A stretch of DNA of 64,000 nt from Nitrospirota bacterium (GCA_963740085.1 CAVUCU010000004.1:512001-576000), one strand, 5' to 3'. Positions 42,803 through 54,900 are shown, numbered from the stretch's first letter. Made by a program: numbers and translations. Notes: generated by a model not told the origin, from the letters alone.

Positions 42803-43053
42803 CTAAAGACAACCCGATAGATTGCAGCACAATATTAAAGTTTTATAAAATAAATATTAGTGATAGATTCTCCCATCAACGTGATCGTTCTCCTTCATAA
42901 ATCCGTCAAAAAACGGCGTCAATTGTTTGACTTTTCTCAGACAATTGTACAGAATTTGACTAAAAATCCTATAAAACTGCAAGTGCGGTGTGCGCAATCT
43001 AAATTCATAGATAAAAATCAACAACCGTTCCAAGAAGGAGTGAATCTCAAGTC

Positions 43054-44475
43054 ATGAATTTCCAGATGCTCTCTCTGGTTACCGAGGAACTAGACGCACT
43101 CCTCACGAATGCGCGGGTGGAACGCGTGTATCAGGGGAGAGGGGGAGGATTGTATTTTCTGCTTAATCGCGAACGGAAAAAGTTCATTCTTCTGCTGTCC
43201 CCAGACCGTGCCATACCCCGTCTTCATCTTGTGAGCGCGAAGCCGGCTGCCGAGACCATGCCTCATGGCTTCATCCTTTTCCTCAGGAGCCGCGTGTCCG
43301 GCGCACGGGTGACTGCCATCAGCCTGGAGAACCAGGACCGCGTCGTGAAAATTCACTTCAGCAGGCAGGGGGAAGAGTATCTCCTCATGTTCGAGCTCTT
43401 CGGTTCATCGGCCAATCTTGTACTTGTTGATGTCTCATCGACAATCCTCGCGGTCTACAACCCGGTTCCTCCAACGGAAGAAGCGGTTCGTCCGCTGATG
43501 CCAGGACTCCAATACTGCGCTCCTGAAAAAAAGCGCGACACGGGCTTTCAGAGGAGCGGTCTCTCAAGCGGCTTCGACGCGGGTCCATCTCCCAACAGGG
43601 CTGCGGAAATGTATTACGAATGCCTCATCGAGCAGCGGCATATTGCAAGACTCCGGACCGAACTTTCCTCTCGTATTAAAAAGGATCTTTCAAAGACCGA
43701 TCGTCTGATGAGCGCCTTGTCCGGAGATTTGAGATCAGCCGACCGGGTTGACGAATACCGGCAGGCTGGGGATCTGGTCCTTGCGCATCTGAAAGAGCTG
43801 AGAACGGGGATGGAACGGGCGGACCTTACGGGGTATGACGGCAGAACAGTTCCGGTTATACTCGACCCGAAGCGTTCCCCGTCTCGGAATGCTGAACTCT
43901 ATTTCAAAAAATATAAAAAAGCAAGAACGGGCAGGGACATCATCGCCGCTCGACTGCGCCAGGCCACCGATGAGGCCTCATATCTCAAATCGATTTTAAA
44001 TGATATAGAAAAGGCTGCAGATATCGACACGCTCATCTCCATCAGGTCCGGGCTTGTGGCAACAGGACGACTTGAAAAAAAGCCTGTGCCCTCTAAAAAA
44101 ACGCGGCAGGTGGCGGCATCACCGGCAATAAGAAAGATCGTGTTCAGCGGTTGGGAGATACTAGTGGGCAAGAGCGCTGCAGGTAACGATCATCTCACGT
44201 TGAAGATAGCCCGCCCCGACGATCTCTGGCTCCATGCCGAGGGCATGCCCGGTTCTCATGTGATCATCAGGAATCCGAACGCGGGGATCATCCCGCCCGA
44301 AGTGCTGCTGAAGGCGGCTGCCCTGGCGGCGTTCCATAGCAAGGGGAAGAATGCCGCTAAAGTGCCGGTGACTTATACCTCCGCGGGTCTCGTAAAAAAA
44401 CCAAGGGGCGCAAAACCGGGTTTGGTGACGCTCCAGGCGCGGAAGTCCCTGATGGTGAAGCCGGAGGACGGATAG
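43054..44475 (+). CDS. rqcH: NFACT/RqcH (Rqc2, FbpA-like) ribosome quality-control protein
   Basis: DRVV, ELFG..ANLVL, NAELYFKKYKK, VGKSAAGND, DLWLHA..PGSHV, KKPRGAKPG. Confidence 0.85.
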   Translation: MNFQMLSLVTEELDALLTNARVERVYQGRGGGLYFLLNRERKKFILLLSPDRAIPRLHLVSAKPAAETMPHGFILFLRSRVSGARVTAISLENQDRVVKIHFSRQGEEYLLMFELFGSSANLVLVDVSSTILAVYNPVPPTEEAVRPLMPGLQYCAPEKKRDTGFQRSGLSSGFDAGPSPNRAAEMYYECLIEQRHIARLRTELSSRIKKDLSKTDRLMSALSGDLRSADRVDEYRQAGDLVLAHLKELRTGMERADLTGYDGRTVPVILDPKRSPSRNAELYFKKYKKARTGRDIIAARLRQATDEASYLKSILNDIEKAADIDTLISIRSGLVATGRLEKKPVPSKKTRQVAASPAIRKIVFSGWEILVGKSAAGNDHLTLKIARPDDLWLHAEGMPGSHVIIRNPNAGIIPPEVLLKAAALAAFHSKGKNAAKVPVTYTSAGLVKKPRGAKPGLVTLQARKSLMVKPEDG

Positions 44476-44555
44476 GAACGCAGTGAGAAGAGATTATTAC
44501 CTTTACAGTTTGAAAAGATTCGAGTAGAATTTGTTCACTGCCGAAGAAAATAACC

Positions 44556-44744
44556 ATGACAAAAAAAATCGTCAACGGCGGTACCATGAGCATCAGCCAC
44601 TTTACCCGTAACACGTCGGTAACCCTCGGCGGGGGATTGGCCTTGGGTTCCGGTAAGGCGCAGATCCTCAGCGGCCGCACCGATATTCAAACCGTAGACT
44701 CAAAAGGCTGGATGCTTTTCCTGGCCTCATCGTATTCATATTAG
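44556..44744 (+). pseudogene. Possible C-terminal fragment of an outer-membrane beta-barrel gene
   Basis: Amphipathic strands (SVTLGGGLALGSG; WMLFLASSYSY) ending in an aromatic residue; no signal peptide. Confidence 0.35.
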
Positions 44745-44827
44745 ATAGGCATCTATAATGATATACGCGAAATATCTTTCGCAAATTGTGCTGATAAGAG
44801 CGACCTGGCCTGGAGACGTCATTAAAA

Positions 44828-46879
44828 ATGAAATTCAATTTCAAGAAACTTTTATTCGCACCATTTATCTTTCTGTTGCTCAGCTCCACGATCCTAGCGG
44901 CCCCGCATATTACCAGATCGAGACCTGAACCCCTCGAATTCCCCGGCAGGACATTGCAGGAGCGCTTTGCTCAGAGAACGCCGGAGGGCATGATGGCTGC
45001 GGCCCCGCTCTCCTACACCACACCCACGACCGTCAATGTGCTCTTTCTCCGCGTGGATTTCCCTCCGGATCAGGACTCCTTAACAACGGGCAGTGGCGTG
45101 TGGAGTGACCCGCTCTATTCCTATAACAGTGATGCCGATTATTGGGTCAACCGAGCAAAAACCAAATTCCCTGATTACTGGAAAGAAGTTTCGTACGGAC
45201 TGCTTACCGTGATGATCGATGTTTCTTCGAAGGTGTATCGATTGCCCCATACCATGACCGATTATGCGGGCAGTACATCGTCGTCGATCGAAAATTTTAT
45301 TTACGATAGTATTGCCACCGCAAGCACGGACACTACCTTGAATTTCGCCTTTTACGACGGGGTGTTCATCATCCATGCGGGAGTCGGACAAGAAACCGCC
45401 GATACAATGGGATCGGCAACGAACGACCTCTGGTCGCTTTTTTACTCGGGTGGAACAAGAATTTGTCAAAATGCGGGAACTGCTTCCTGCGTCAGCGTTC
45501 TGTTGAAGGACGGCAAGGCCCTTAGTGAAGCCATCATTATGCCGCAGACTGAATCGCGTTTCAGCCTGACGGTGGACCCATTGGGCGTATACGCGCACGA
45601 ATTCGGCCACTGGCTCGGGTTGCCTGACCTTTATTGTGTTTCTTCAGCGACGTCTTGTCCGGGCGAGGGAGTGGGGAACTGGAGCCTGATGGATCAAGGC
45701 AGTTATAATGCCGACCCCGCCACGTGTACTTCGAGCACACCACATTGCATATTTGGAAGCTCTCCTGCGCATCTGGATGCCTGGAGTCTGGTTCACCTTG
45801 GGTGGGTGAATCCGCAGACAATTATTGGCTATAATCCGTCACTGTCCTTGCCATCGGTAGAGTCAGTGCCATCGCCATTAATTCCCGCGGCGGGAACGGA
45901 TGTTTTCCGGGCAATCGCTTCAACAGGCGACGCAAATCAGTACTTCCTGATCGAGAACAGGCAGCAGATCGGGTTTGACGTCGGCATTCCCGGACACGGC
46001 CTGCTGATCTGGCTTGTCGATGACGGTATTGTCATCCCAGGCCTGATTTCGAACACGGTCAACAGCGGAACTCATCCAGGCGTGAAGCTCGTTGAAGCTG
46101 ATGGGGACTGGACCCTGCTGGATCCATCCCCGAGCGACTACGGGAGCCCCGGCGACCCTTTCCCGGGCTCCACGAACAATTCCGCGATGACACCGGTGAC
46201 CAGACCGTCATCAACTGCCTATACGAACTACGGACAGGTGAATATCAGGGACATCACGGAAGCTGCCCCCCCGTTCTCACCTGTTACATTTTCCCTTGGT
46301 TTCGGGCCTCTCCCACCCATGGGCCTGATCTTCGACGGGGGAACGAAGGACCTCATCTGGAGCGCTGTTGCGGGAGCAACGAACTATAATGTATACAAGA
46401 ACGGCGTCCTTATCACGAGCACAAGTTCGCCGTCTTACGTTGACGGTAATTATATGACAACGGATGTATATAGGGTAACTGCAGTGAATAGTGACGGGAG
46501 TGAATCTCAACTTTCGGACAAAGCTTCACCGCCGGCCCAGGTTGACGGAGGGAGCCACAAACAATACTGTTTTATCGCAACGGCCGCATATGGTTCCTAC
46601 CTTGATCCGCACGTGGAGACACTGCGCGGCTTCCGTGATCGCTATCTGCTCACGAATCCCATCGGTCGTTCTTTTGTATCCATCTACTATCAGTATTCCC
46701 CTCCGATCGCCGATGTTATCGGCAGACACGAAGGCCTCAGAATGGCAACACGATGGGTGCTTACGCCGGTCGTTTTTGCAGTGGAGTACCCTCTTGTTTT
46801 TCTCGTATTATTTGCAGCAGGGGTCCTGTTGGCGGAAAGAAAGCTCCGCACCCGCACCCGTTCGAGGATCAGGGCTTGA
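44828..46879 (+). CDS. Secreted M6-family (immune inhibitor A-like) metalloprotease with FN3-like domain and CFI-box C-terminal domain
   Basis: Signal peptide, [56 protein letters not shown]...LRGFRD, TM plus basic tail. Confidence 0.9.
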   Translation: MKFNFKKLLFAPFIFLLLSSTILAAPHITRSRPEPLEFPGRTLQERFAQRTPEGMMAAAPLSYTTPTTVNVLFLRVDFPPDQDSLTTGSGVWSDPLYSYNSDADYWVNRAKTKFPDYWKEVSYGLLTVMIDVSSKVYRLPHTMTDYAGSTSSSIENFIYDSIATASTDTTLNFAFYDGVFIIHAGVGQETADTMGSATNDLWSLFYSGGTRICQNAGTASCVSVLLKDGKALSEAIIMPQTESRFSLTVDPLGVYAHEFGHWLGLPDLYCVSSATSCPGEGVGNWSLMDQGSYNADPATCTSSTPHCIFGSSPAHLDAWSLVHLGWVNPQTIIGYNPSLSLPSVESVPSPLIPAAGTDVFRAIASTGDANQYFLIENRQQIGFDVGIPGHGLLIWLVDDGIVIPGLISNTVNSGTHPGVKLVEADGDWTLLDPSPSDYGSPGDPFPGSTNNSAMTPVTRPSSTAYTNYGQVNIRDITEAAPPFSPVTFSLGFGPLPPMGLIFDGGTKDLIWSAVAGATNYNVYKNGVLITSTSSPSYVDGNYMTTDVYRVTAVNSDGSESQLSDKASPPAQVDGGSHKQYCFIATAAYGSYLDPHVETLRGFRDRYLLTNPIGRSFVSIYYQYSPPIADVIGRHEGLRMATRWVLTPVVFAVEYPLVFLVLFAAGVLLAERKLRTRTRSRIRA

Positions 46880-46987
46880 CCTTGAAGAAGAGCACGGCAC
46901 ATATCAACGTTCCGCGATTGAATTTGGTAACGTGAAAATTAATTAAGGAGCGGCGGTACCTTTTCGGGATGCGGAGCCGGCGAATTT

Positions 46988-47701
46988 ATGCGCACACCAA
47001 GTCTTGATACCAGAACCAGGCAAAAGGGCATCGGCCCTTTCATAGCGGTGTTATTGACCCTCTTGTCGTGTATCGCTCCGTCTTTTAACCATGCGGCGCA
47101 AAGTCCTCACGTTAAAGTCCTCTATTTCTTTTCCCTGTCATGTCCGCACTGCGTTGAAGCCAGACCCGCAGTAATCGCGCTCAGCAAGGAATACCGCATC
47201 GAAGGACACAATTTCGGTACGATCAAGGCCAAGGGATATCCCTTCCCGGTAAAGATGGGCGACAAGAAAAACGCAAGAAAAGCTTACGGCATCAAGGTGA
47301 TCCCATCGCTTGCAATCCTCATTGATGGTATCTATAAACAAAAGATCGAGGGAACGTCGGATATTCAGGACGCAAAGAGCATCATTAAAGCCCTGTCAAG
47401 CGGAGCAATGACCGTGACCGAGGCGGTAAATAAAAAAAAGGATGCCGATCTCACGGTCACCGGTTGGGTCGTCGCGAAAGGCGAATATTTTAAGAATGTC
47501 CGGTTTATGCTGACCGATCGTAAGACGGAGATCCAGGTCAAGGCATGGCTGCCGTTGGAGACAATGAAAAGTCCGATGAAGAAAGCCGGGCCGCGGCTGA
47601 TGTCGAACGTCATAAGGAAGCCGGTCGTTCTGAGAGGCAGCTTTATTCAAACAGATACGGGCGCTCTATTCCTGGTAAAAGAGGAACTTCCACTGGATTG
47701 A
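46988..47701 (+). CDS. Exported thioredoxin-fold protein with a probable C-terminal OB-fold
   Basis: YFFSLSCPHC, YGIKVIPSL cis-Pro loop; C-terminal VTGWV...FMLTD...VVLRG. Confidence 0.65.
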   Translation: MRTPSLDTRTRQKGIGPFIAVLLTLLSCIAPSFNHAAQSPHVKVLYFFSLSCPHCVEARPAVIALSKEYRIEGHNFGTIKAKGYPFPVKMGDKKNARKAYGIKVIPSLAILIDGIYKQKIEGTSDIQDAKSIIKALSSGAMTVTEAVNKKKDADLTVTGWVVAKGEYFKNVRFMLTDRKTEIQVKAWLPLETMKSPMKKAGPRLMSNVIRKPVVLRGSFIQTDTGALFLVKEELPLD

Positions 47702-47712
47702 GCGGTCTATTT

Positions 47713-48510
47713 TTATTCGCCGCCCGTCCTCTCCTCCGTCCTCTTGCTTTTCTGCCACAACTGCTCCATCTCATCGAGGGACATGTCGTTCAATGACCGT
47801 CCCGCGTTCGCCGCGTGTTCTTCGATCTGGCGGAAGCGGCGGATGAACTTACTGATTGTTTTGCGGAGCGCCTCTTCCGGGTTAACGTCGAGGAAGCGCG
47901 AAATGTTCACGAGCATGAAGAATATGTCTCCGAGCTCCTCTTCAATGCCGGCGGGATCCTTGTCCTTCAGCGACTCCTTGAACTCTGCGATCTCCTCATC
48001 GAGCTTGGGCAGGGCTTCATCTATCCTGCTCCAGTCGAAGCCCACGCGTGCCGCTCGCTCCTGAAGGCTGTGTGCGCGAAGGAGCGAGGGGAGGTGGCGG
48101 GGCACTCCTTCGAGGACCGATTTCCGCTCCTCGTACCCCTTTTCCTTTTTCTTGATCTCCTCCCAATTTGCTAACACTTCTTTGTCCGTAGTGAGCCTGG
48201 CGTTTCCGAACACATGGGGATGTCGGCGGGTCATCTTCTCAATGGTGCCCGAGATCACATCCCGGATGGTGAACTGGCTGTTTTCCTCCGCGATGCGTGC
48301 GTGAAAGATGATCTGGAACAGGAGGTCTCCAAGCTCTTCTTTCACCTTGTCGGGGGAACCCTCGTCGAGGGCATCCACGACCTCATAGCATTCTTCGATC
48401 AGGAATGGTTTAAGCGATTCGGCGGTCTGCTTGTGGTCCCAGGGGCAGCCGCCCGGGCCCCGGAGTTTCGCCATGAGTTCCACCAGGTCTTTGAGGTTGT
48501 TATTCACCAA
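47713..48510 (-). CDS. mazG: Nucleoside triphosphate pyrophosphohydrolase
   Basis: GCPWD, EELGDLLFQ, RRHPHVF, GFDW, second EELGD, KFIRRF. Confidence 0.96.
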   Translation of the reverse strand: MVNNNLKDLVELMAKLRGPGGCPWDHKQTAESLKPFLIEECYEVVDALDEGSPDKVKEELGDLLFQIIFHARIAEENSQFTIRDVISGTIEKMTRRHPHVFGNARLTTDKEVLANWEEIKKKEKGYEERKSVLEGVPRHLPSLLRAHSLQERAARVGFDWSRIDEALPKLDEEIAEFKESLKDKDPAGIEEELGDIFFMLVNISRFLDVNPEEALRKTISKFIRRFRQIEEHAANAGRSLNDMSLDEMEQLWQKSKRTEERTGGE

Positions 48511-48554
48511 AATACCCCGCTATGGATTGGATCGTTTTTGACATTTCTGTGAGC

Positions 48555-48646
48555 GCTTCGACAAGCTTCATGATCCCGGCACGAACGGACCAATGAGTGC
48601 GATAGTGGCAAACCACAACTATCGATCATGGTGATTTTGTCGAAGC
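48555..48646. repeat. REP-like nested palindrome
   Basis: gcttcgacaa...ttgtcgaagc, catgatc...gatcatg and inner cgatagt...actatcg. Confidence 0.7.
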
Positions 48647-48772
48647 TTCATTTTTTACCTTACACAAACCACCTATTGTTTGCAAGCTTTTTTCTTGAAG
48701 CAAAACGGTATCTATGGTAGTCTTATGACCATCCTCTACAATGTACTGATTGACGTCGAAAGGAGATTGATC

Positions 48773-49192
48773 ATGTTTCAAAGAGCTTTTTACGCGGTTA
48801 TGGTGCTTGCTGTTTTCATCCTTTGTACGGCCATGGGCGGCACCGGGGGGTTCGAACGGGCACCCAGGGTAGAGAAGAACTATGCCGTCGTCGTTACCGA
48901 CGCCTCAGGAAGCAAGATCGAAGGTGAAAAGTTCAGCTGGGAGGGGCGTATCAACTTCGCCGGATATATCGGCATGGCCCAGGTGACGATGCCGTTCGAG
49001 AAGATCAAAGAACTGACCATAGGGGAGATGCGTGACCGGAAAGTGAAGGTTACGGCGCGACTCACGGACGGGACAGAGACAAGTTTTGAGGTTGACGCGA
49101 AATCGCGCTGCTTTGGAGAAGCAAGTTTCGGCAGCTTCATGCTGCAGATGGACGAGATCAAGTCGATTGCCTTTAAAAAAGAATTAAGGTAG
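48773..49192 (+). CDS. Exported hypothetical protein
   Basis: RBS AAGGAG; hydrophobic N-terminus ending CTAMGG; beta-rich body. Confidence 0.75.
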   Translation: MFQRAFYAVMVLAVFILCTAMGGTGGFERAPRVEKNYAVVVTDASGSKIEGEKFSWEGRINFAGYIGMAQVTMPFEKIKELTIGEMRDRKVKVTARLTDGTETSFEVDAKSRCFGEASFGSFMLQMDEIKSIAFKKELR

Positions 49193-49221
49193 CTTCTCTG
49201 GTGGATTGACTGATGGCAGGC

Positions 49222-49269
49222 AGGCTGAAGTGGACATTACCTGTATGAGGGTGCGCCAGACTTCAGCCT
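49222..49269. repeat. 10-bp inverted repeat upstream of glnD
   Basis: aggctgaagt...acttcagcct, with a further ccttcagtct copy near 49288. Confidence 0.5.
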
Positions 49270-49373
49270 AAAAACTGATCATGTCGGCCTTCAGTCTTCT
49301 TGCTGAATCCCTGACTAGTTACGAATCAAGAAAACCTTTCCCTATTTCCTCCACGAACGGCTCGGGCCATATC

Positions 49374-51926
49374 ATGATATCAATTCATGCCGGCAACATT
49401 AAAACAATGCTTGAAGAAGAAGGCGCGATCATCCGCAGCGCGCACTTTTCCGGAGCTGGCGGCAGCGAGGTGGTCCGGCGTCGAACCGAACTCATTGACC
49501 GAACGCTGCGCAACTCATATGATCGCCTGACCGGGGCCGGTGCCATGCCGGCGTTGCTCGCAACAGGAGGATATGGCAGGGGCGAACTGAATCCCTACTC
49601 GGACATCGACATCATGTTCCTGTGCAGGGACGAAAAAGACCGGCAGCGCTCTCTGGAGTTGCTGTATATACTCTGGGACGCCGGTATGGACGTGGGGTAC
49701 AGCGTTCGGACCGTGCCCGAGTGCGTGTCGCTTGCGCGGCAGGACATCAAGATCCGCACATCGCTCCTTGAATCACGCCTGATCGCCGGAGACCCCGTGT
49801 TCTACGATTCGTTCATCAGGACGATGCAGAGCGAGATCTTTTATTGGAAGCCCTCTGCATTCATCCATGAAAAGATCGCAGAGCGGGTTGCAACGCGCCG
49901 GAAATACGGAGGTTCGATCTACTTACGGGAACCCAACATCAAAGAGTGCGAAGGAGGACTCCGGGACATTCATACGGGATTTTGGGTCGCTTTTGTGCAT
50001 TTTCGGGTCAGGTCTCTCGGAGAACTGGTTGCGATGAATATCATCACCGGAAGGCAATATGCAGTGTTCCAGAGGTCCAGGAACTTTCTCTGGAGACTCA
50101 GGAACGAGATTCACTATCTCTCCGGCCGCAAGAACGACCACCTTACTTTCGACCTCCAGGATCGCGCGTCAAAGGACTTCAAATACCGCGATTCGGCAAA
50201 CCTTTTCGCGGTTGAGCGCTTTATGAAGTCCTATTTTCTCCACGCGAGGAACATTCGAGAATTTACGGATAGTGTTGTCACTGCCGTTCTCGGGAAAACG
50301 TCCCGCCGGTGGTTCCAAAGAACGCAGAAGCTCGGCCATTTTTCCCTGACCGGCAAAACATTGTTTCTCACCTCGACGGAGCCGTTTCGTGAAAATGCCG
50401 CTCTTGCGATGACCGCTTTCGAAATAGCCCAGGACCGGCATGCTGTTTTTTCAGACCAGCTCAGGTCCCTGATCAATGCATGCAGGATCGATGATGCCGG
50501 GAGGACCTCCACGTCGGCTTCAAAATCATTCCTTACCATCCTTAATAATCCCGACGGCCTGTCGGAGACGCTTGCCCTGATGAAGGACCTGCGGTTTCTC
50601 GGCCGGTACATCCCGGAATTCAGGGCGATCCAGGCGCTCGCAAGACACGACTACTACCACCTGTACACGGTTGATGAACATATTCTGCTTGCCATAAAAA
50701 ATGTGCAGGCCTTGTGGCCGGGCAGTTTTCCTTCGCTCACGACTCTTTCCGATGCCTTCAAGGGTCTCGGTAAGCGCTGGGTCCTGGTCCTTGCTGTTTT
50801 GCTTCACGACCTGGGTAAGGCATTCCGGGATGATCACGCGCAGCGGGGCGCGGAGCTGGCAAAGAATATCCTCACCAGGCTCTCTATCACCGGAGAGGAT
50901 CGTGAGCGGGTCCTTTTTCTCATCGAGAACCATCTGGTCATGGCGCTTCTGTCACAACGGCGTGAGCTCAGCGACCGAAAGGTCATCGCCGATTTTTCAC
51001 GGCTCGTACGGGACCGCGAGAACCTGGCCATGCTGTACCTGCTCACGTATGCCGACATCTCGGCGGTGAACCCCGCTGCCTGGACCCAATGGAAAGCCGT
51101 GCTGCTCCAGGACCTTTACGTGCGGACGCTCAACTACCTGGATGCGAGCGCGCAGACCGTTGAGGAAGAACGGGCCAGGCTGATCGCGGCGTCCGACAGG
51201 ATAAGAAATGCAGCCGAGGGAGAGTTCTCTTTAAAAGAGATCGAGAACTTCCTCGCAACCATGCCCGAACAATATCTCCTCACCACCTCGACGCACCGGG
51301 TGATGGATCACCTGAGCATGGTGAAAAAGTTGCCTGAGGAACAGCTCGTTATCCGTTACCGGCATTATCCGGAACGCGGATACACCGAGCTTTCCGTCTG
51401 CGCCTACGATGCCTACGGCATGTTCTACCGGACCGCGGGCACGATCGCCTCGAAGAATCTGAACATCCTTCGCGCCCAGGTGTTTACCTCAAAGAACGGT
51501 GTGATGATAGACACGTTCCAGATCACCGGTCCCGATGGAAAGCTCTTCGAGTACGATGATGCATGGGAAAGTGTACGTGCTGAACTTCGGGCTGCACTCA
51601 TAAGCGGGTTCAAGCTTCCTGAACCGGGCGCCCATGCGTCGACCCAGTCGCTCCCCGCAGCGATAACACCCGCAGTGGCTTTCGACAACGAATCCTCTGA
51701 GATATTCACGATCATCGACATCAACGCCCGCGACCGAGTTGGTTTTCTGTATCACGTGGCGAAGACCCTTTACGACCTGAACCTGGACATCGGCTCGGCG
51801 AAGATCGTGACCGAGGGATCGCGAGTCATGGATTCTTTCTACGTGACAAACTTGTTTAAGAAGAAGATAGAGGATGACGTCCGGCTCGAGAAGATCAGGG
51901 AAACGCTGGTGAAGGCAATTATGTGA
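49374..51926 (+). CDS. glnD: [Protein-PII] uridylyltransferase
   Basis: GGYGRGELNPYSDID, EPNIKECEGGLRD, YHLYTVDEH, LLHDLGK, two ACT domains. Confidence 0.95.
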   Translation: MISIHAGNIKTMLEEEGAIIRSAHFSGAGGSEVVRRRTELIDRTLRNSYDRLTGAGAMPALLATGGYGRGELNPYSDIDIMFLCRDEKDRQRSLELLYILWDAGMDVGYSVRTVPECVSLARQDIKIRTSLLESRLIAGDPVFYDSFIRTMQSEIFYWKPSAFIHEKIAERVATRRKYGGSIYLREPNIKECEGGLRDIHTGFWVAFVHFRVRSLGELVAMNIITGRQYAVFQRSRNFLWRLRNEIHYLSGRKNDHLTFDLQDRASKDFKYRDSANLFAVERFMKSYFLHARNIREFTDSVVTAVLGKTSRRWFQRTQKLGHFSLTGKTLFLTSTEPFRENAALAMTAFEIAQDRHAVFSDQLRSLINACRIDDAGRTSTSASKSFLTILNNPDGLSETLALMKDLRFLGRYIPEFRAIQALARHDYYHLYTVDEHILLAIKNVQALWPGSFPSLTTLSDAFKGLGKRWVLVLAVLLHDLGKAFRDDHAQRGAELAKNILTRLSITGEDRERVLFLIENHLVMALLSQRRELSDRKVIADFSRLVRDRENLAMLYLLTYADISAVNPAAWTQWKAVLLQDLYVRTLNYLDASAQTVEEERARLIAASDRIRNAAEGEFSLKEIENFLATMPEQYLLTTSTHRVMDHLSMVKKLPEEQLVIRYRHYPERGYTELSVCAYDAYGMFYRTAGTIASKNLNILRAQVFTSKNGVMIDTFQITGPDGKLFEYDDAWESVRAELRAALISGFKLPEPGAHASTQSLPAAITPAVAFDNESSEIFTIIDINARDRVGFLYHVAKTLYDLNLDIGSAKIVTEGSRVMDSFYVTNLFKKKIEDDVRLEKIRETLVKAIM

Positions 51927-51930
51927 AATC

Positions 51931-51965
51931 AGGGTTCAAAGTTCCATGTTCAGAAGTCGGGAGAG
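51931..51965 (+). repeat. Degenerate heptamer tandem repeat
   Basis: agggttc aaagttc catgttc agaagtc gggagag. Confidence 0.6.
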
Positions 51966-51985
51966 AGTAACGCTTCAGGCAGCAT

Positions 51986-54900
51986 ATGAAAAAAACAGTT
52001 ATCACTATATTGATCGTTCTGCTCGGCCTCGTTGCAGGGATCGAAGTCTACGTGCAGAGTGACGCCTTTGCGCTGAAGCTCCGACCCCTCGTGATCGAGC
52101 CGCTCAAAGAACTGTTAGGCGAGGATGCGACGATCGGCTTGGTAAAAGCCCACTTCTTCCCGCCTTATCTCGAAGTGAGGGACATCTCTATACCCGACGC
52201 AGGCGGGAACGAAGCCATCGCAATCAGGAGGATAAGGGCCTACCTTAACCCGCTCCCACTGCTCCTGAAAAAGATCAGGTTGCCGTCGATCTCAATCCTT
52301 GAGCCGCGTATCTACGTGGAGCGTGCAAAAGACGGCACGATCAATCTGAGCCCGCTTTTCGGCCGGATAAAAACGAACATGGCTCACAAAGAATCGGAGG
52401 GCGCATCCGGATACCATCTGCTGCTGAGTCATCTCTCGCTCACCAAGGGTCGGATCGAGTATAAAGATGGAAGGACTTCCCTCCATCTGTCAATGAGCGA
52501 CTTCAACATGACGGTCAACGTTGATAGTTCGCAAGAGAGGTTCACTACGAGGATAGGAAAATCCCGTTACCACGTTTCCGAGCCCTCTTATCCCGAGATC
52601 TCGGGAAATTTCAGGGCTACAGCGGTATACGATCGGGGACGGACGCATCTGGAGCTGGTTGAGCTGTCGACATCGGACGCTACGATGACTGTCTCCGGAG
52701 ATGCGGGATTGCTGCCGGAGTCCCCCCTCGATCTCAAGATCATGGTCAGGTCAGGTCCGCAGGTTATAGGCCGGTATCTCGACTTCTTGAAGCCGATCAA
52801 GAAACAGAAGGAATCCCGCTTCGATATACAGGCGCTGGTGCGGGGCAAGTTGTCCGATCCGGTCATCGAGGGCAGTGTCAAACTGTCGGCCGTTCCCTTC
52901 AGAGAATACCTGCTTCAAAGTGGGGTCCTGTCGTTCTCGTATCGGGACAAGAGTTTCACGATCGCCGGCAAGCAGTGGAAACTCATGAGGGGCGGAGCAA
53001 ACTTCCTCATCGATTCCATCGACGGATCACTGGGCATCAGCAGGGGAGGACTGGATATAGGGCGACTGGATATCCTCGTCGGCGACCTGGCGCTTCATGG
53101 CAGCGGCCGTGTGGACCCGTCTGCCGGTTTCGACGCCCTTCTGAGCGCGACGTCCTCGGCCAAAGGAAAGACAATATCCTTTCTGATTGGCCTGCCGTTT
53201 GAGGGAACTGGGAACGTGACCGGACGTCTTTCCGGTGCCGTGGCTTCACCCCGTTTCGACGGCATCGTTTCCGCGGGGTCCGTGACCGTGCGGGGCGTCC
53301 TCTTCAGCTCAGCGGACGGCAGGGTCGAGTATGAAAATAAGAAGATACAACTCTCATCCGTGGCCATTGCCGAGCATTCATCCCGTTACACCTTTCAGGG
53401 CTCCGTGGATCTGAACGGCAAAGAGCCGGTCTATGCAGCGCGGCTCCGGGTTCTTCGGTCAAATGTGGTGAACATTGTGGCATTGTTCTATAAGCAGCTG
53501 CCGCTCGCGCTTTCCGCTGCGGGAGAGTTGACGTTCAGCGGGACCGCACACGACTATTCGGGCACCGGGCATCTCACGCTCGACGCAGGCAGTGCGTATG
53601 GAGAATCTTTTGTCGGGGGGACTGTCACGGCATCGCTCACCACCGGCAAGATCGCCTTTCCGCAGGTGGTGCTCAATAAGGAACGGGGAATGGTGAAGGC
53701 AACCGGATGGATCGGGTTTCATGACGGGACGTATTCCGCTGATCTTGAAAGCAGGGGGATCGACCTTTCCACGGTAAACCGGCTGAACGGTTTGCCGGTC
53801 ACCGGGGAGGTTAAACTCGACATTCACTCCTCGGGAACCTTCTCCGTGCCCCTGGTCAAGGCCTCGCTTGATGTTGAAGCCCTCTCGTACCGTCAGATCG
53901 CAGTTGGCGGCATGCATGCCGAGGCTCAGATCCGTGATGGCGCGCTGTTGTTAAAAGCGGGGGTATCCGAAGGTCACGCGAACGTGTCATTGCACGGGAT
54001 GCTCCATAAGCCCTACCCCTGGACCGCTGACGTAAAGGTTCATTCAGAGGCCTTCGATCCCTTTTCCCTGATCGATAAAAAAGGGATCACTGACCAGGTG
54101 AAGGCGCTCGCTGAAGGCGCGGCGACGGTGCAGGGCCGTGGATTTGATCTTACGACGCTCTCGGGAGAGGCGATCTTCAAACGGTTAAGCCTGCTCGTCG
54201 GAGATTATCGTATCGACAACGATTCTGATGCAAGGCTTGTCGTGGAAGGAGGCAGAATATCGGTCGGTTCGCTGAATTTTGTCGGTGCAGACACCAGGTT
54301 CGGCATTACCGGCTGGGTCCGACCCATGGCCGAGATGGACGTCGTCCTGAAGGGCACGGTCAACCTTTCACTCCTGAAACTGCTGTACCGCGAGGTTGAG
54401 TACGCTGCAGGTGTCGCCGAGGTGAAGTTCGGGATCAAGGAAGACGGGAAAAACCCTTCCATGACCGGAGAACTGCTTTTGCGAAACGGAGAAGTAAAAA
54501 TCAAGGACATCCCCCAGAGGTTCACCTCATTGAACAGCAAGATCGTATTCGAACAGAACAGGATCGTCACGAACTCTTTGTCCGGAGAGATGGGAGGCGG
54601 CAAGTTGAGCGCATCAGGATGGGTGCAGCTTTCCGGATTAAAGCTCCAGGCGTTCTCCGCAAGAACATCCGTCGAGAATGTGACGGTCCGCTATCCTGAA
54701 GGGCTCACCTCGACACTTTCCGGGGAGCTGTATTATGATGGGGACGCGTCCGAGCAGTCCCTTGCCGGCGACATCGCAATCAAGCGTGCGCGGTATGATA
54801 AGCGGGTGGAGTGGAAGAGTATGCTCGTTGATATCGGCAGGGGGCTGTACCAGAAAAAGAAGACCGAGGTGGGATGGATCGGAGATACGCAGGTCAATGT

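Noticed and set aside
42803-43053. AT-rich gap with repeated ttgac/gtcaa words and the 65-aa ORF 42860-43057
   Set aside because: No consistent spacing or palindrome to define a site; the ORF looks spurious.
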